DNA of 63,847 bases, the filler included, from Choristocarpus tenellus KU-1152 (Eukaryota > Protista > Phaeophyceae), in NCBI GenBank assembly GCA_964200185.2. It is 13 parts of 13 records of this genome, joined end to end, with 100 filler letters (N's around TTAATTAATTAA, not from the genome) between each part and the next. Parts side by side here need not be neighbours in the genome. Positions count along the whole stretch, not along the records: positions 1 to 4,079 come from CAXNAD020016330.1; positions 4,180 to 7,581 come from CAXNAD020020279.1; positions 7,682 to 12,024 come from CAXNAD020015013.1; 10 more parts are not named here. One strand, given 5' to 3'. Position 1 is the first letter of the stretch; each line of letters opens with the position of its first letter. Below, piece by piece: positions 1 to 11,761 of the stretch. A model generated the notes under the pieces. The model made no database searches and was not told the origin of the DNA. It saw nothing but the letters and a program-made list of their open reading frames with translations. The translations under genes were made by a program, and so were the position numbers.

Positions 1-129
1 GCTGATTTTTTTAATCTCCCAGAAAAAAAAAAAAATCATCACAAGAAAGATGTAAGTGGATGGAACGATCGCATCCATAAACCCCACGTATGTACATACA
101 TTCGTTGCCTCTTTGGGCCACTTGAATAG

Positions 130-642
130 GAGTGAAAGTATCTTAGAGGGGTTTGCCCTGTGAGTGAAAGTATCTTGGAGGGTACAAATTTTGCCCTGTG
201 TGTCCATTTGGGGCTTGGCTTCCCACAGGTGTTTTATGACATTTTCCTACTCGGAAATGTTTCGGAGTAGGTAAAATTTATGTGTTTTGAAAAGGTGTGT
301 CCGGGACAAGGATATTCACTCTTCCTAACAAACATGATAGTCAAAATTACATCAAAATCGGAACATGGGTTTTGGCCCCCAAATGGACAACGCTCTACCC
401 TCTAAGATATTTTGACTCCTGTTTGTCCATTTGGGGCTTGGCTTCCCATGAGTTATTTATGACATTTTTCCTACTCCGAAATGTTTCGGAGTAGGTAAAA
501 TGTATACATTACGAAAAAGGTGTATCCAGAACAAGGATATTGACACTTCCTAACAAACCCGACAGCCAAAATTACATCAAAATCGCAACATGGATTTGGC
601 CCCCGAACGGACACGGTTCTACCCTCTAAGATAATTTCACTC
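130..642 (+). mobile_element. MITE family A, outer copy (130-161 + 419-642) with a second copy nested inside
   Basis: TIRs GAGTGAAAGTATCTTAGAGGG ... CCCTCTAAGATAATTTCACTC. Internal sequence matches copies at 5124 and 10432. Flanked by TAG/TAG. Confidence 0.85.
162..418 (+). mobile_element. MITE family A, complete ~257-bp copy with 4-bp TSD CTGT
   Basis: TIRs GAGTGAAAGTATCTTGGAGGGTA / TACCCTCTAAGATATTTTGACTC. CTGT at 158-161 and 419-422. Removing it restores the family consensus TTGCCCTGTTTGTCCATTTGGGG. Confidence 0.9.
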
Positions 643-699
643 TAGCATTGCCCTCTCTTGAGGCTTGACCACCCGTGAAAGCCTTCAAGAACACCTCAC

Positions 700-951
700 C
701 TGATAAGCCCTACTCCGCTCAGTAGGGTCTCCTGTTCCTCGACCAGTAGCACCACCTGCTCTCTTCGCAGCCTTCCGCCTGAACTCTTCATAGAATTTCC
801 TGTTGAATTCGTTGACCTGAGAAAGTTTTTTATGGGCAAGGGACTCTTCAGCCTTGTTCCATTTTGGACTGCCTCTCATAAGACTCACCCATTTTTTAGG
901 AACTACGCCGGTTCTGATCAGATGTGATAAAAAGGTGTTCTTCTGTACTGT
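700..951 (-). CDS. Probable internal exon, unknown protein (KNTFLSHLIRTGVVPKKW...RSRAYQ)
   Basis: Open frame ending in CAG|GTGAGG donor. Acceptor is uncertain (942, 947 or 951). No recognisable motif. Confidence 0.35.
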
Positions 952-3900
952 CTAGGGTCTGCTTTCGGTCGTGTCTGCTTTTTCTTTCAGTAGGACTTTG
1001 GTGGCAGTGCAAACATGGTTATCATTTTGGGTAGATTGTGTGTGCAATGATTGCTTTCCACTTGTCTACTTGTGTGATTATTCCTTGTTTTGGGCACAAC
1101 AGAGAGGCGACCATTGCGCACATAACTCTTCCAAACTAATGAGTGTGATGGCTACTTTTATATGGCCTGCTTGGATGCACTAGGTCTAGACTATTTTGTA
1201 TGAAAAACAATAGAACAAATAGCTTTCCTTGGTGGGGCAATCATCTGTGTTTCCTGGGAAGCAAAAGCCAACAGAGAAATGCTAGGTAGGAGACAGGCTC
1301 TGATAGGGAGATCATGATTGATTCACTCATGGCATCTAGAGGAAGATTTAATCTATCCTGGGACCATTCCATGGACAGAATCCCAAAAGGGCAGAAATCT
1401 CATGCCTGACAGCAGGGCTGCACAGTGTACTATTTCGTATTTGTGCCGATGGTGTGGTTGGTTTAAGGTTAAGCAACTCAAGGACAATTGTACGTGCATT
1501 GTATCTTTAGAATAGACTGGAATAGGGCACTAGAATAGGACTGCTTGATAGTGACAATGAATTAAGAATAGACTGCTGAAGGATCGTGACTGTGCAAGAC
1601 AGAACCCATTTCTGACTCAGAACTGCGGCAAGTTTTTCACCTCTTTGCCATCAGATCTCAGGCATGTGATACAAGGAAGCACTTACTCCAGGAAAATTTC
1701 GTCTTCATTTTCAAGAGTGGTCTGGGATGGAGAGGCACATATTTATATATCTGTGCAACATGTTGGTTGTTGTGTTGTTTTGATGTTGAGGAGAACAATG
1801 TAGCAAATTAGGCTGGTGTTGATATTGGGAAGGCGTTGAAGGCCAAGTATCCCGTTGAACAGATGAAGTCACTGCAGTCGTACAGTAGGACCCTTCACTC
1901 TCAAAAAAGGATGTCGGTGCTTTACTGGTAGAAAGAGGGATGGGCCTGAAATATAAGGGATCGTTGGTAGGGCTTTGTATGACATATACAGAACACAGCA
2001 CACCAGAACCAAAAAAAAAATCTCGGTGGTTTTGAAGGTTTGGTCAATGTCTGAGGATGAACCTCATAGATGAGAAATGAATTGCCAACTGCAAGCGTTC
2101 TGTGGTTGCTGGAGCGCCTAACAAGTTTCCGAGAGTAGCAAACCTATGCCTGACTCCGGGTATTTCAGAGTATCAAACATATCATCTCTAGTCACATCTC
2201 TAATAATATAAGTTTGTGTTGTCGTTGTTGCATCTTGTCCTTTGTGTTGATGCCAACCAAACCTTACATGTACTTTGAAGTACTCCATGTGGCACTTGTC
2301 AGGCACATTTTCGAAGTGGTTTGTGATAGCTGACAGCTGTCTTCTCTTTTGCACCCTTCTGGGACAACAGCAAAGTAGAGGTGGGGCTATGTGACCCCAA
2401 TTTTTTTTTCTTCCAACAGTTTTACTCAAGAGTCAAACGACCGTTTTCCACACTGCACTCCTCCGTGTTTGTGCCCTAGGAACTTCAACTTGAATTGGTC
2501 GGTCTGTGACCAACTGATAGTGCTGTAAAGACGCAATCCCAGCACATCTACAACTCTGTGCAGTATAGTAATCGAAAGTACTCGAGCTGTAATGGCAAAC
2601 CTTGTATCCACTCCGGTTGGAGCACTCAATAAAAGGAAAGCAAAATTTCTGCCAACAGAGGCCGATTTCCTTTTCCAAGGATCACCTTCTCTTTGCCACC
2701 TGTGGATGTCTTTCCCCCAATGTTCTCGCTCCCGGGTCCAGCCTTTGCTGTGTTTCCATTTCCATTCCCTTTGTTCCCTCCCCCTGTAGTCCCCTGCAAG
2801 TGAAAACATGGGGCGTGTAGTCCAGGTTTGGACCAGGGTGCAGGTGGGAAAGGCGTGTAGAGAGGCAGGGGGAAATGGAGGGAGGAGGTGCTCTCCTGGT
2901 GCTTCATGAGTGGTCGATAGGAGATATGAAACCGCTAACCATAGGCAGTTAAATCTTAGCATGGGATGGAACCATGCCCTTGTTTGAACCGATGAGTTTG
3001 TTGTGCACTGTGCATGGGGTCATGTAACTGAAATCAGCATGTGAGAGAGGACTTTTTCGGAGTGAAAGTTGGCAGTATTGTTCAGAGCGGGGTTTGAACT
3101 ACTTAGAAGTGTGAGGGTGTATTCTGTTGGCATAAGACGATACTTCTAAGGCACTAAGTATCTTTGAGTGGTTTGCCGACCATGTATCAAACTTTCATAG
3201 AGTAGGTGCACACAAGGACTGAATACACTGGCCATGAGAACAATTTTTATGGATGGAAAAAAAAAGACATAAGCCATGTCCAAACAACAAAGGCCAAAGA
3301 CACAGGCGATGAGAGACCCCAACATGATGAGATGGCAAATTGGAGAGGTGCAACTGAGAGGAGAACCTCTCATTTGTAAGTCATTTGTTGTGGTCCCAAA
3401 GTGTAAGCGACTACCTCTCCAGAAAACGATCTGGCACCCAACAATACCAGCACAGGGGGTGCTGGGGCACACCTCTGTCTTTTTTTTCATGGGAGACCTT
3501 CATTTTCTCGGACAGCCTAGACATGTCAAAATCCTAACTTTGAAATCGGCTCAGTCTGTCTCAGCTGATACAGTTCATTGGCGACAAAGCCAAGAGAAGG
3601 GAGAGCGATGGTCTGACCAGCCTTGTCATACATGCCCACAGGAGCGGTGAGGTTGGAGCTGACTGAAAGGTGTGCTAGGTGATCGGTGCGAGGGGATACA
3701 TTTGATTGGGTGCAAATTCCATGATCCCCTTCCACCAAGAAGATCCAGAAGTCATTGGGGAGTGGGATGCCAATGATACTGACCCTGGCAGCATGCGAGT
3801 CCCTGATGATGATGGTGCTCTGTTGCTGGTCATCCTCTCCGAGTGGGATTTTTGATGGCCACAAGAAAAGAGAACAAAATCACTCCATAAGTGTGTCTCA

Positions 3901-4049
3901 ATGAGGACCAAAAATGTAGCACAGCCATCCCACGTGGAAAAATACGGCCAGTGCATTAACTGATCCAAACTGGATCACAAGGCAAATGAGACCCCAATCA
4001 AACCCATGTTTCGTGAAGTGAAGGGTAGAAAGGACCCCCAGAGCATGGT

Positions 4050-4079
4050 GGCTCAAAGTATCTGGGAGGGGGTGGCGGC
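4050..4079 (+). mobile_element. MITE family B end fragment at contig end
   Basis: GGCTCAAAGTATCTGGGAGGGGGTGGCGGC closely matches the family B terminus at 38163. Confidence 0.75.
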
Positions 4080-4179
4080 NNNNNNNNNNNNNNNNNNNNN
4101 NNNNNNNNNNNNNNNNNNNNNNNTTAATTAATTAANNNNNNNNNNNNNNNNNNNNNNNNNNNNNNNNNNNNNNNNNNNN
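4080..4179. other. Artificial contig linker; also at 7582-7681, 12025-12124, 15422-15521, 20080-20179, 23179-23278, 30409-30508, 38694-38793, 47092-47191, 50576-50675, 57792-57891, 61183-61282
   Basis: Identical N44-TTAATTAATTAA-N44 block with stops in all six frames, repeated 12 times. Confidence 0.98.
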
Positions 4180-5123
4180 CGGTGATTCTCTTCACTACCC
4201 TTCCCTGAGTGAACCACGCCGCCACAGAAACACACGATTCACAAAAAATACAATATATATTATAATAGAGAGAGGATAATTTAGTATAGGCAGGGGAGTT
4301 GGGCTCATTCGTACAATTCAACGAGTTATTCTTCACCTATATATCCCCCCCCCAAACAAGCTATACATATATGAGGCATCCACAAGTCTACGGTATACGC
4401 TCAATAGTGGAAAAGTAGGCTATGGTCGCAACCTTCCGCGTTAAACCTTCTCTCTTATAATAAAATGAGAAACACATGGCAACCTTCAACACGATTTCGG
4501 CTGGCCATCCAAAAAAGGGTGCATTCTCTCACCGAAATATGAACCACTCAGTCGCCGTAACATCGTCTCAACGGACCTGTAAGAGCTGTCCTTTGATGCG
4601 TGGGACCTCGATTGCAGACGAAGCACCTGAAAGGACCGCTGTGTGTCTTAAGAAAGTCAGGCAAGAGTCTTCGACGAGCTCGATGTGGAAATGGGTGAAG
4701 TTGTTGATGCGTGGACGCGGATTTATAAACAGGTTGATCCGTCACGACTGCCGCAAGAGTTCTCGTAAAGTCTGGCCTTGGGCAGGAACATCTTCAAATC
4801 ATGAAAAACAGATCGGCAATGTGAGCGGGCGAACGGCAAGGAAGAACTACCTAGGCAACGTCTATAGGCGAGTGATGTGGCGATCAGAGGCCACTCGCTT
4901 TACGGCTAGAGAGGGGTGATTCCCTCAGAGCCACATAAGCCCTCAGACCCATGGAGACCACCAGTCCAGGGAAGAAATCCTGTAGACGACGAATGAAGAC
5001 CACAAACTCAGGTAGGGCAAGAAACCAACCCAGGTGGAACTAGAAACCAATCGTATATGTTAGGGTGAACAAGGAGAGTTCCCTCCAGTTTGAAGAGAGG
5101 CGGTAGGACCTCCATGTTACAGT

Positions 5124-5377
5124 GAGTGAAAGTACCTTAGAGGGTATGAGTTTTTCCCTGTTTGTCCATTTGGGGCTTGGCTTCCCACGGGTTTATCATT
5201 TTATGTACTCCAAAATGTTTCGGAGTATGTAAAATGTATACGTTATGAAAAGGTGTGTTCGCAAAAAGGATATTGGCATCTCCTAACAAACATGATTAGC
5301 CAAATTACATCAAAGTTGCAACATTGGAATTTGGTCCCCAAATGGACGTGGCTCTACCCTCTAAGATACTTTGACTC
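5124..5377 (+). mobile_element. MITE family A, complete copy
   Basis: TIRs GAGTGAAAGTACCTTAGAGGGTA / TACCCTCTAAGATACTTTGACTC, with subterminal GTCCATTTGGGG / CCCCAAATGGAC. Confidence 0.9.
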
Positions 5378-5379
5378 TT

Positions 5380-5705
5380 GTGACGGACTACCTGTTGCAA
5401 ACGGATTTGACAGCTTATTTCCTATTGTAGCCTCCCACCCCTCTTCCCCCTACCACATGCGTAGCCAACTCATCCAGAAAACCTTCTGCTTGCTTTCCAA
5501 GGCGCCCAAAACTTTCCGCCGCTAAGTTGTTGAGGTTTAAACTATGAGGGTCAAGAGAACCCTCGTAGTGGGTGCACTTTCTCAACTCAGCCGCAGCAGC
5601 AGCTAAACCATCACTGGCGGATGAGTGGGGTAGATGGTGTTGAAAAGCTTGGCGCACATAAGGCTCGTCGCCGAAAGTTAGCAGTTGAATGACATGGTAA
5701 AGCAC
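5380..5705 (-). mobile_element. Non-LTR retrotransposon 3' fragment (CRE/R2-like, restriction-like endonuclease region)
   Basis: AAAAAELRKCTHYEG...LAAESFGRLGKQAEGFLDELATH resembles the K..KY...ExxGxxG C-terminus of RLE elements. A homologous copy lies at 25560-25790. Confidence 0.65.
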
Positions 5706-5947
5706 ACACTGAATTATTCATTCTCCACAGGGTATTATCCACTTGATGCTGTTGTCCCACTATACCATTTGTAATGTCTCACTAACTCGCCATAATATAC
5801 CGCTGTGTAAGTTACTACCTAGTATTATACTAAACTAAAGATCAACGTAAATATAAGCTATGTTGTTTACTTGGATCAGCACAGATAACACGTAAGGATA
5901 ACAAGTATTAACTCTCAAACAATCACAAAAAAAATAAAACACACCTG

Positions 5948-7059
5948 TTATCTAAAAACTCGAACTGGCAAATTCTTGGATAATACATCTGCCCTCTGAT
6001 TCGCAGTACCAACAAAAACAACACGAAGCTCTCCTTTTCTAGATAAATCCCTCAGAAAATGGTGTCGGACATCAATGTGCTTTCTTCTAGTAGAGCTTGT
6101 GGCATTTCGTACTAGTTTGCATGCACCATCGTTATCCTCAAACATGTCAGTGCAACCCCTAGGAAACTGTGGCTGAATAAATTCAAAGGACACTTCTCGA
6201 AAAGTAATACCTGTGACACACTACTAAGAGCTATGTATTCAGTCTCTGTGGAAGACAGAGCTACAACTCTTTGTACCTTTGACATCCAAGATATTGCTCC
6301 TCCTGCAAACATAATTGCTCCTCCAGTCACTGATCGACGATCATTCCATCCAGTCTCCAGCATAACTAGCATCAGCATACGCACTCAACTCACACTCAGT
6401 ATCAAAACCACCAAAACTCAATCCAACACTGGGACAAGTATTCAAATATGTTAAAATGCATTTCACTGCACGCCAATGTGTGACTTTGGGACTGCTACTG
6501 TACTTGGCAACTTCACGAACTGCATTTGAAGTATCAAGTCTGGTCATGACAGATGCCCACATCAAACTACCAACTGCCTCTCTGTACGGTGTATTTTCAT
6601 CAACGCTTGGATGATTCTCACTCTTGTCTAGAGTCCTTGAGAGATCATGGGGTACCAACCTCTTCTTTGCCCCATCCAAACCAAATCTTTGACAAACACT
6701 CTTAATGTACCTAGTCTGACTGATGATGACAGTCTGTGCAGTTCTGTCACGTTAAATCTCACAACCCATATATTACTCAAGATCACCAAAGTCTTCTATG
6801 CAAAACTGCTCTTAATCCTAGAGCGAACCCAAATCAAAACATATATTTTACCAGCTACAAAAAGACCATCTACATGGGGGGCTGTCACAGCACAAACAAT
6901 GCCATTTCTTACATAGCGTAACACACAAGGGTCTGCTCTGCATTGCTCAAAATCACACTTTTCCCAAACGTGCACCAACAGATTGTTAAACTCTCTACTT
7001 ACCTGTTTTGTGCCATAAAGTGCCTTGATCAAACGTACAATTCTTTCCAGATCATTTTC
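5948..7059 (-). mobile_element. Decayed Ty1/Copia pol (RT + RNase H), frameshifted
   Basis: Motifs KALYGTKQ, ADPCV, PYREAVGSLMWASVMTRLD, AYADASYAGD, RRSVTG, VALSSTETEY, KHIDVRHHFLRD, ADVLSKNL spread over several frames. Confidence 0.93.
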
Positions 7060-7321
7060 TGTTACAGGCGCCCCTCAATGCTCACCTTCCCAGGATGTAC
7101 AACTCAAATCCAATGACCTTAAAACGACGCTATGGGGGCTTGCCTTTTACAACGGGTTGTAGGGTGTCAGATAGACTTTCTCTTGATACTCCATTCAGTG
7201 CTTAGCTCAAAGCTTGACTCAATGCTTCGTTCAAAGATTAAAAGATCTGCCTAAAAGTTGCAGAATAAACTGTAACTCGGGTAGTTGCAGAGGGTCATAG
7301 ATGGATGGTACCAGTAGGAAA
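7060..7321 (+). mobile_element. TGTTACA-terminated element (solo-LTR or Ginger-like) inserted in Copia RT, truncated
   Basis: Starts TGTTACAGGCGCCCCTCAATGCTCACC. Close match to 61054-61182 and to the reverse complement of the right end of 60424-60865. Confidence 0.8.
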
Positions 7322-7470
7322 GAGCCAAAGTATCTGAGAGGGTACGGCCCCGTCCAAATGGGGTCTCGAATTCGATACTGATGATTTGTTAATGTAATTA
7401 TGGGAAAGCGTCTTAACTGGTGAGTGTGATGAACCCCCGATTCACAGGGGCACCTTTGAGAAGTTGCTTC
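7322..7470 (-). mobile_element. Diverged MITE family A-related terminus
   Basis: GAGCCAAAGTATCTGAGAGGGTA...GTCCAAATGGGG, followed by sequence loosely colinear with the family A reverse strand. Confidence 0.55.
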
Positions 7471-7717
7471 TTTGGGGTTTTGTCATCATATATATCAATC
7501 GTGTTGGATTAATTGCTGGTGTCTCCATTTATTGTGGTTTTTGAAAGCGATGACGATATGCCTGTTTGATGAATTTACCTTNNNNNNNNNNNNNNNNNNN
7601 NNNNNNNNNNNNNNNNNNNNNNNNNTTAATTAATTAANNNNNNNNNNNNNNNNNNNNNNNNNNNNNNNNNNNNNNNNNNNNGGCTTCTTCGCGGTGGGAG
7701 GGAAGACGGTAGGAGTG

Positions 7718-7894
7718 GAGGGGGGGGGGGGGGGGTGGGGGGGGGCTACACCAGGGTGTCCATTTGGGCCATGCCCAGGAAAAGTGCACTTACATTATCC
7801 ATCCAACATATGTAACCAAATCACCCCAAAATCATGACATGAAAAAATTGACCCCAAATGGACAGCTGCCACCCCCTCCCAGATACTTTGAGCC
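7718..7894 (-). mobile_element. MITE family B copy
   Basis: CTACACCAGGGTGTCCATTTG...CCCCAAATGGACAGCTGCCACCCCCTCCCAGATACTTTGAGCC is the reverse complement of the 38163 copy. Confidence 0.85.
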
Positions 7895-8409
7895 TTGATC
7901 AAAGTGTGAGAGGTTTGCTACTGAACTATTCACACTTATCAACTGCATGAGAGGGATCAACTGCATGAGAGGGACCCTCACCCCTGCGATCACTTGAACA
8001 ACAATCAATCACTACTAGTGCTGTGCTGTGATTTTTTATTTTCTGATCTCGAGAGACAACTGACCAATCAAATAAATCAAATAAATCCCCTACAAATAGT
8101 TACCATAGCAGCATTTCAAGTCAAGTCATACGAGCATCAGTCACCCTCTCTCCACATTATCTATTAGTGTGTGTGTGTGTATGTCCATGTATGTGTTTTT
8201 TGTACACCCAGTCCACTGGCACACCTTGTGAACCCTAACCCTTGTAGGTACTCCTCACTTCCGAGTGACCCGAACACACTCTCAAGTACCGCATTAGGAT
8301 TCCTATGTGCCAACGAGCACATTAATACCACATGCAACAACACAAAAAATGTGGCTTACCCTCTTTCCAAAACGCCCAACGCCTGCCTGTTACGTAACAA
8401 CTCTTACAG

Positions 8410-11400
8410 ATAACCTGGGCAGGCCCGGGTCTGCTGGCTGCTGCCACCTGGGAGGGCTTGGTTCGTTTCTGGGATCTATCATCTGACAAGAACTATGTGC
8501 TTTCCCTGTCTGCAGCAGGACTAGATCGTTCCGACAAGGCAGTGTCCATAAGCTTCAACCCCCTCCAGAGGTAGGGTGGGAGTTTTTCAGAGAGGGGTCA
8601 GGCGATGGTAGCTAGCGGAGGAGTCTTTTTTAACCCGCTGGGCTGGAGGCTTCCCTAACCCTAAACCTGAGCGGGAAATGATTGATTCATATCAACCAAG
8701 ATCAATCAAGATCAATTCTGAATACAGGGGTGGGAGGACAAGGAAAGACAGAGAGGAGAGAGTGATTCTCAAAAGAAAAAAAAAATCAAGTCCCGTGACC
8801 ATGTCATTGTTCATTTTTTTGCGCATTTGGAGCCCTAACCCTTGATATGATGTTTGTGTTGTACCTTTTCTTTGTAGGTACCTTGCGGTGGGCACAAAGT
8901 ATGGATGTGTTGCCATATGGAGGTTTGTGGGCGAGTACAAAACAACAGATCAAGTAATATCAATGGGCTCTGGTGGCAGCTCTGGTGGCAGCAAGAAATT
9001 ATTAGACGGCAATTCAAAGGTAAGACACGGTGTTAGGGCTAGGCTAGAAGGGGGGCAAGGAAGGAAGAAAGAGGGGGAGGGACAGGTTTGGGGGTAGAGC
9101 CATTTTCCGTACTTTGGGGGGGGGGGCAAGGAGTTCTGAGACTATCTTGAAGGTATTGTTGTAACCTGTTTACAAGGGTCCCTTCCATGACTCATTCGTG
9201 TTTGACTTATTTTTTTCTCCTCCTGTACAGTGAGCTTTTTTTCTTGTTTAGTAGTTTTACCTTGACCCTGTAATGGACAGAAAATTAATTTGCTGTTGAC
9301 TTTTCAAGTAACTGGCAGTAGGTGTCAACTTTGGAAGGTTGCCTGGCCAAGGTCAAGCCAAGGAAAGACAAGAGCACCCCTAGCACATCTATGCCATGAT
9401 AAGTGCAATTTTTGCTCACACAAGCAAGGGTCTAGCAAAGGCTACCTAGAGAGCCTCAGGGATTGATACTATGTGACCCTGTATCTATATACCAACAGTA
9501 TACCTTTTTATGTCAAGTTCAATGTGATGCCAAGGTTAATAATAATATTAGTGAAGGAAGTGCCACTAGGGAGTAGTGCACACCAAGAGCATCCTCCATA
9601 TTGACTCAATGCAACGCACATGCAACTCCACTGGGACTTGCTTTCCTTTGGTGCACATGTCCTCGAGCACACTATACCTAGAGAGAGACAATCAAGATCC
9701 TCCCTTCCTGCAGAGACTGATCATGGACAATCCATCACCCTCACACACAACACATTTAACGAAAACCTGTCTAACCCTAACCCTAATCCTAACCCTAACC
9801 CTTCAACAGAGGACCGCAGACTCACATGAGACAAATGGACCTAGGGACTGGGAGGCACTGGTCCCAACCACCTTAGGAGAGACACCTGTAAGGCTCCTTC
9901 GTTGGGGTCACTCAGGCAACCTGTTGGGTGCATTGAAACAGGATGCAGGGGTCGGAAGTGGGGGAGGGGTACATATTCTGGCTGAGACTGTCCTCCATCG
10001 GCAACTGAGGTGGGTGGGATTGGTTAGGTGTATTTCATTTTAAATCAGAGAACTTTCTGGGACCAGTCCATGGTGTGGTCCTTGTACTTCATATTGCCTC
10101 TCTCATTCATCGTCCAGCATGGTTTGGACTCCAGAATGAGTGCTCGCTTGGCTGTAAGCAACGCATGATTTTGTGGGATAGGTTATCATTGATGAGTTAA
10201 GGTATACTTCAAGTGATCATTGACTAGTTAAGGTACACTGCACGTGATCATTGATGAGTTAAGGTATACTGCAAGTGATCATTGACGAGTTAAGGTACAC
10301 TGCAAGTGATGATGGGACATTCTTTCACGCAGCAGTGAAAGGTGATGATGACGAGTGAGACTGATGCATCCCTAGATAACCATTGCAGTTTCAAGTGCCC
10401 ATGAGATTGGATATCTTCCTTGTGAAACATTGAGTCAAAGTACCTTAGAGGGTAGAGCCACATCCATTTGGGGACTAAAACTCAGTGTTGCAATTTCGAT
10501 GTCATTTTGGCTATCGTGTTTGTTAGGAAGTGTCAATATCCTTGTTCCAAACACACTTTTTCATAATGTATGCATTTTACCCTAACCCTTAACATTTTGG
10601 AGTAGGAAAATATCATAAAAAAAAACATGGGAAGCCAAACCCCAAATGGGCAAACAGGGCAAAACATACACCCTCTAAGATCCTCTCACTCAATGGAAGA
10701 TGTCAAGTGTCCCCAAGCAGTGTTCCAAGAAGCGCACTCATTAGGGCTAGGAATAAACAAATGTCTTGGACCAGAGTGCTAATCAGTTACACTCCAAGCA
10801 GGGTGAATCATTCCACTACCACAATCCATAACACAAGACCTAAAATATCAACAGGGAGATTTGGGAGACTGTCCAGTTGCTCATACTATAGCATAATGCA
10901 ATATGATATAATATTATATTATACAATGCATTATAGTATAATATGATTGTATATAATAGGATGCAATATTACAGTAGTATACAGTAGAGAGTGGTACAGA
11001 GATTAACAAACAGAACACACCGAGCAACTTCTTTTTTGCCCAGCAATACCAACCAAAGTATAGACCAATGAAAGAACTTTAAAAGTAACACACAGCCAAT
11101 AAGATGGGTTGTCTCTGCAGCCTTGGCCGCCATGACTGTTGTCAAACAATAGCACAGGTTCTAAAACCAGTCAATAACAACAACCATGGAGCGAACCCCA
11201 CTGCTCCCCTTGTGAGCGTTCTTTGTGGGTGGACTCCCTAACCCTAAAACAATTCCAATGTCCCTAGCTAGATGCTTGGCAGGGTTGCTGGCTGGGTTAA
11301 TGCTTCATGCACCTATCAGTGATATGGACCATCTTGACCTTTTTTTTTCCAAGTTTTGCTAGAGCTGACTGACTGGTTCTTGTCTATATCCTCAGTGGGT

Positions 11401-11761
11401 TAGGGTTAGGGAGCTAGCTGACCATGGTTAGAATTCTGTCCAGCTTCACACCTAGCTAAAGCTACACGATCTTCACCATTTTATCACCACTACTACTGAA
11501 GAATAAAAACGCCCCCTATGTTGAGCTCTAAAACGTTGCATCCTGCCTCCCCCCCCCTCTGTCATAACTGATGTCGTGTATCCCCACGTTTATAAAAATA
11601 AACAAAGTGGCAATGTGGCAGTGATTCAGTTGTCAAGTGACACTGTGCGTGTGGAGTATCAAGCAGAGCAGGGCATTGGAACAGGACTCAGTGGAGAGGG
11701 AAGCATATCTGGTGAACACCTGGTCCAGTCCGAAATCAGTATCAAATGGTTTGATCTCCAG
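8410..11761 (+). CDS. IFT140: Intraflagellar transport protein 140, partial (WD40 region); exons 8410-8570, 8878-9019, 9810-10009, 11608-11761
   Basis: Four phase-compatible GT-AG exons. They encode ITWAGPGLLAAATWEGLVRFWDLSSDKNYVL, YLAVGTKYGCVAIWR, DWEALVPTTLG..LRWGHSGNLL..ILAETVLH and VAVIQLS, colinear with IFT140 as I recall it. The first exon is missing from the ORF track. Confidence 0.88.
9771..9802 (+). repeat. Interstitial telomeric repeat (CCCTAA)~5 directly before an IFT140 acceptor
   Basis: CTAACCCTAACCCTAATCCTAACCCTAACCCT, then TCAACAG|exon. Confidence 0.95.
10185..10308. repeat. 31-bp minisatellite x4
   Basis: ATCATTGAyGAGTTAAGGTAyACTGCAAGTG, contiguous with no spacers. Confidence 0.95.
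10432..10691 (-). mobile_element. MITE family A, complete copy in IFT140 intron
   Basis: GAGTCAAAGTACCTTAGAGGGTA ... ACCCTCTAAGATCCTCTCACTC, the reverse complement of 5124-5377. Confidence 0.9.

Noticed and set aside
1711-3970. Many overlapping short ORFs
   Set aside because: No motif or consistent exon chain found. Possibly decayed TE or unrecognised exons.
4080-4179. Regularly recurring palindrome TTAATTAATTAA between N runs
   Set aside because: Concatenation linker. Adjacency across it has no biological meaning, so no gene cluster or operon is inferred.
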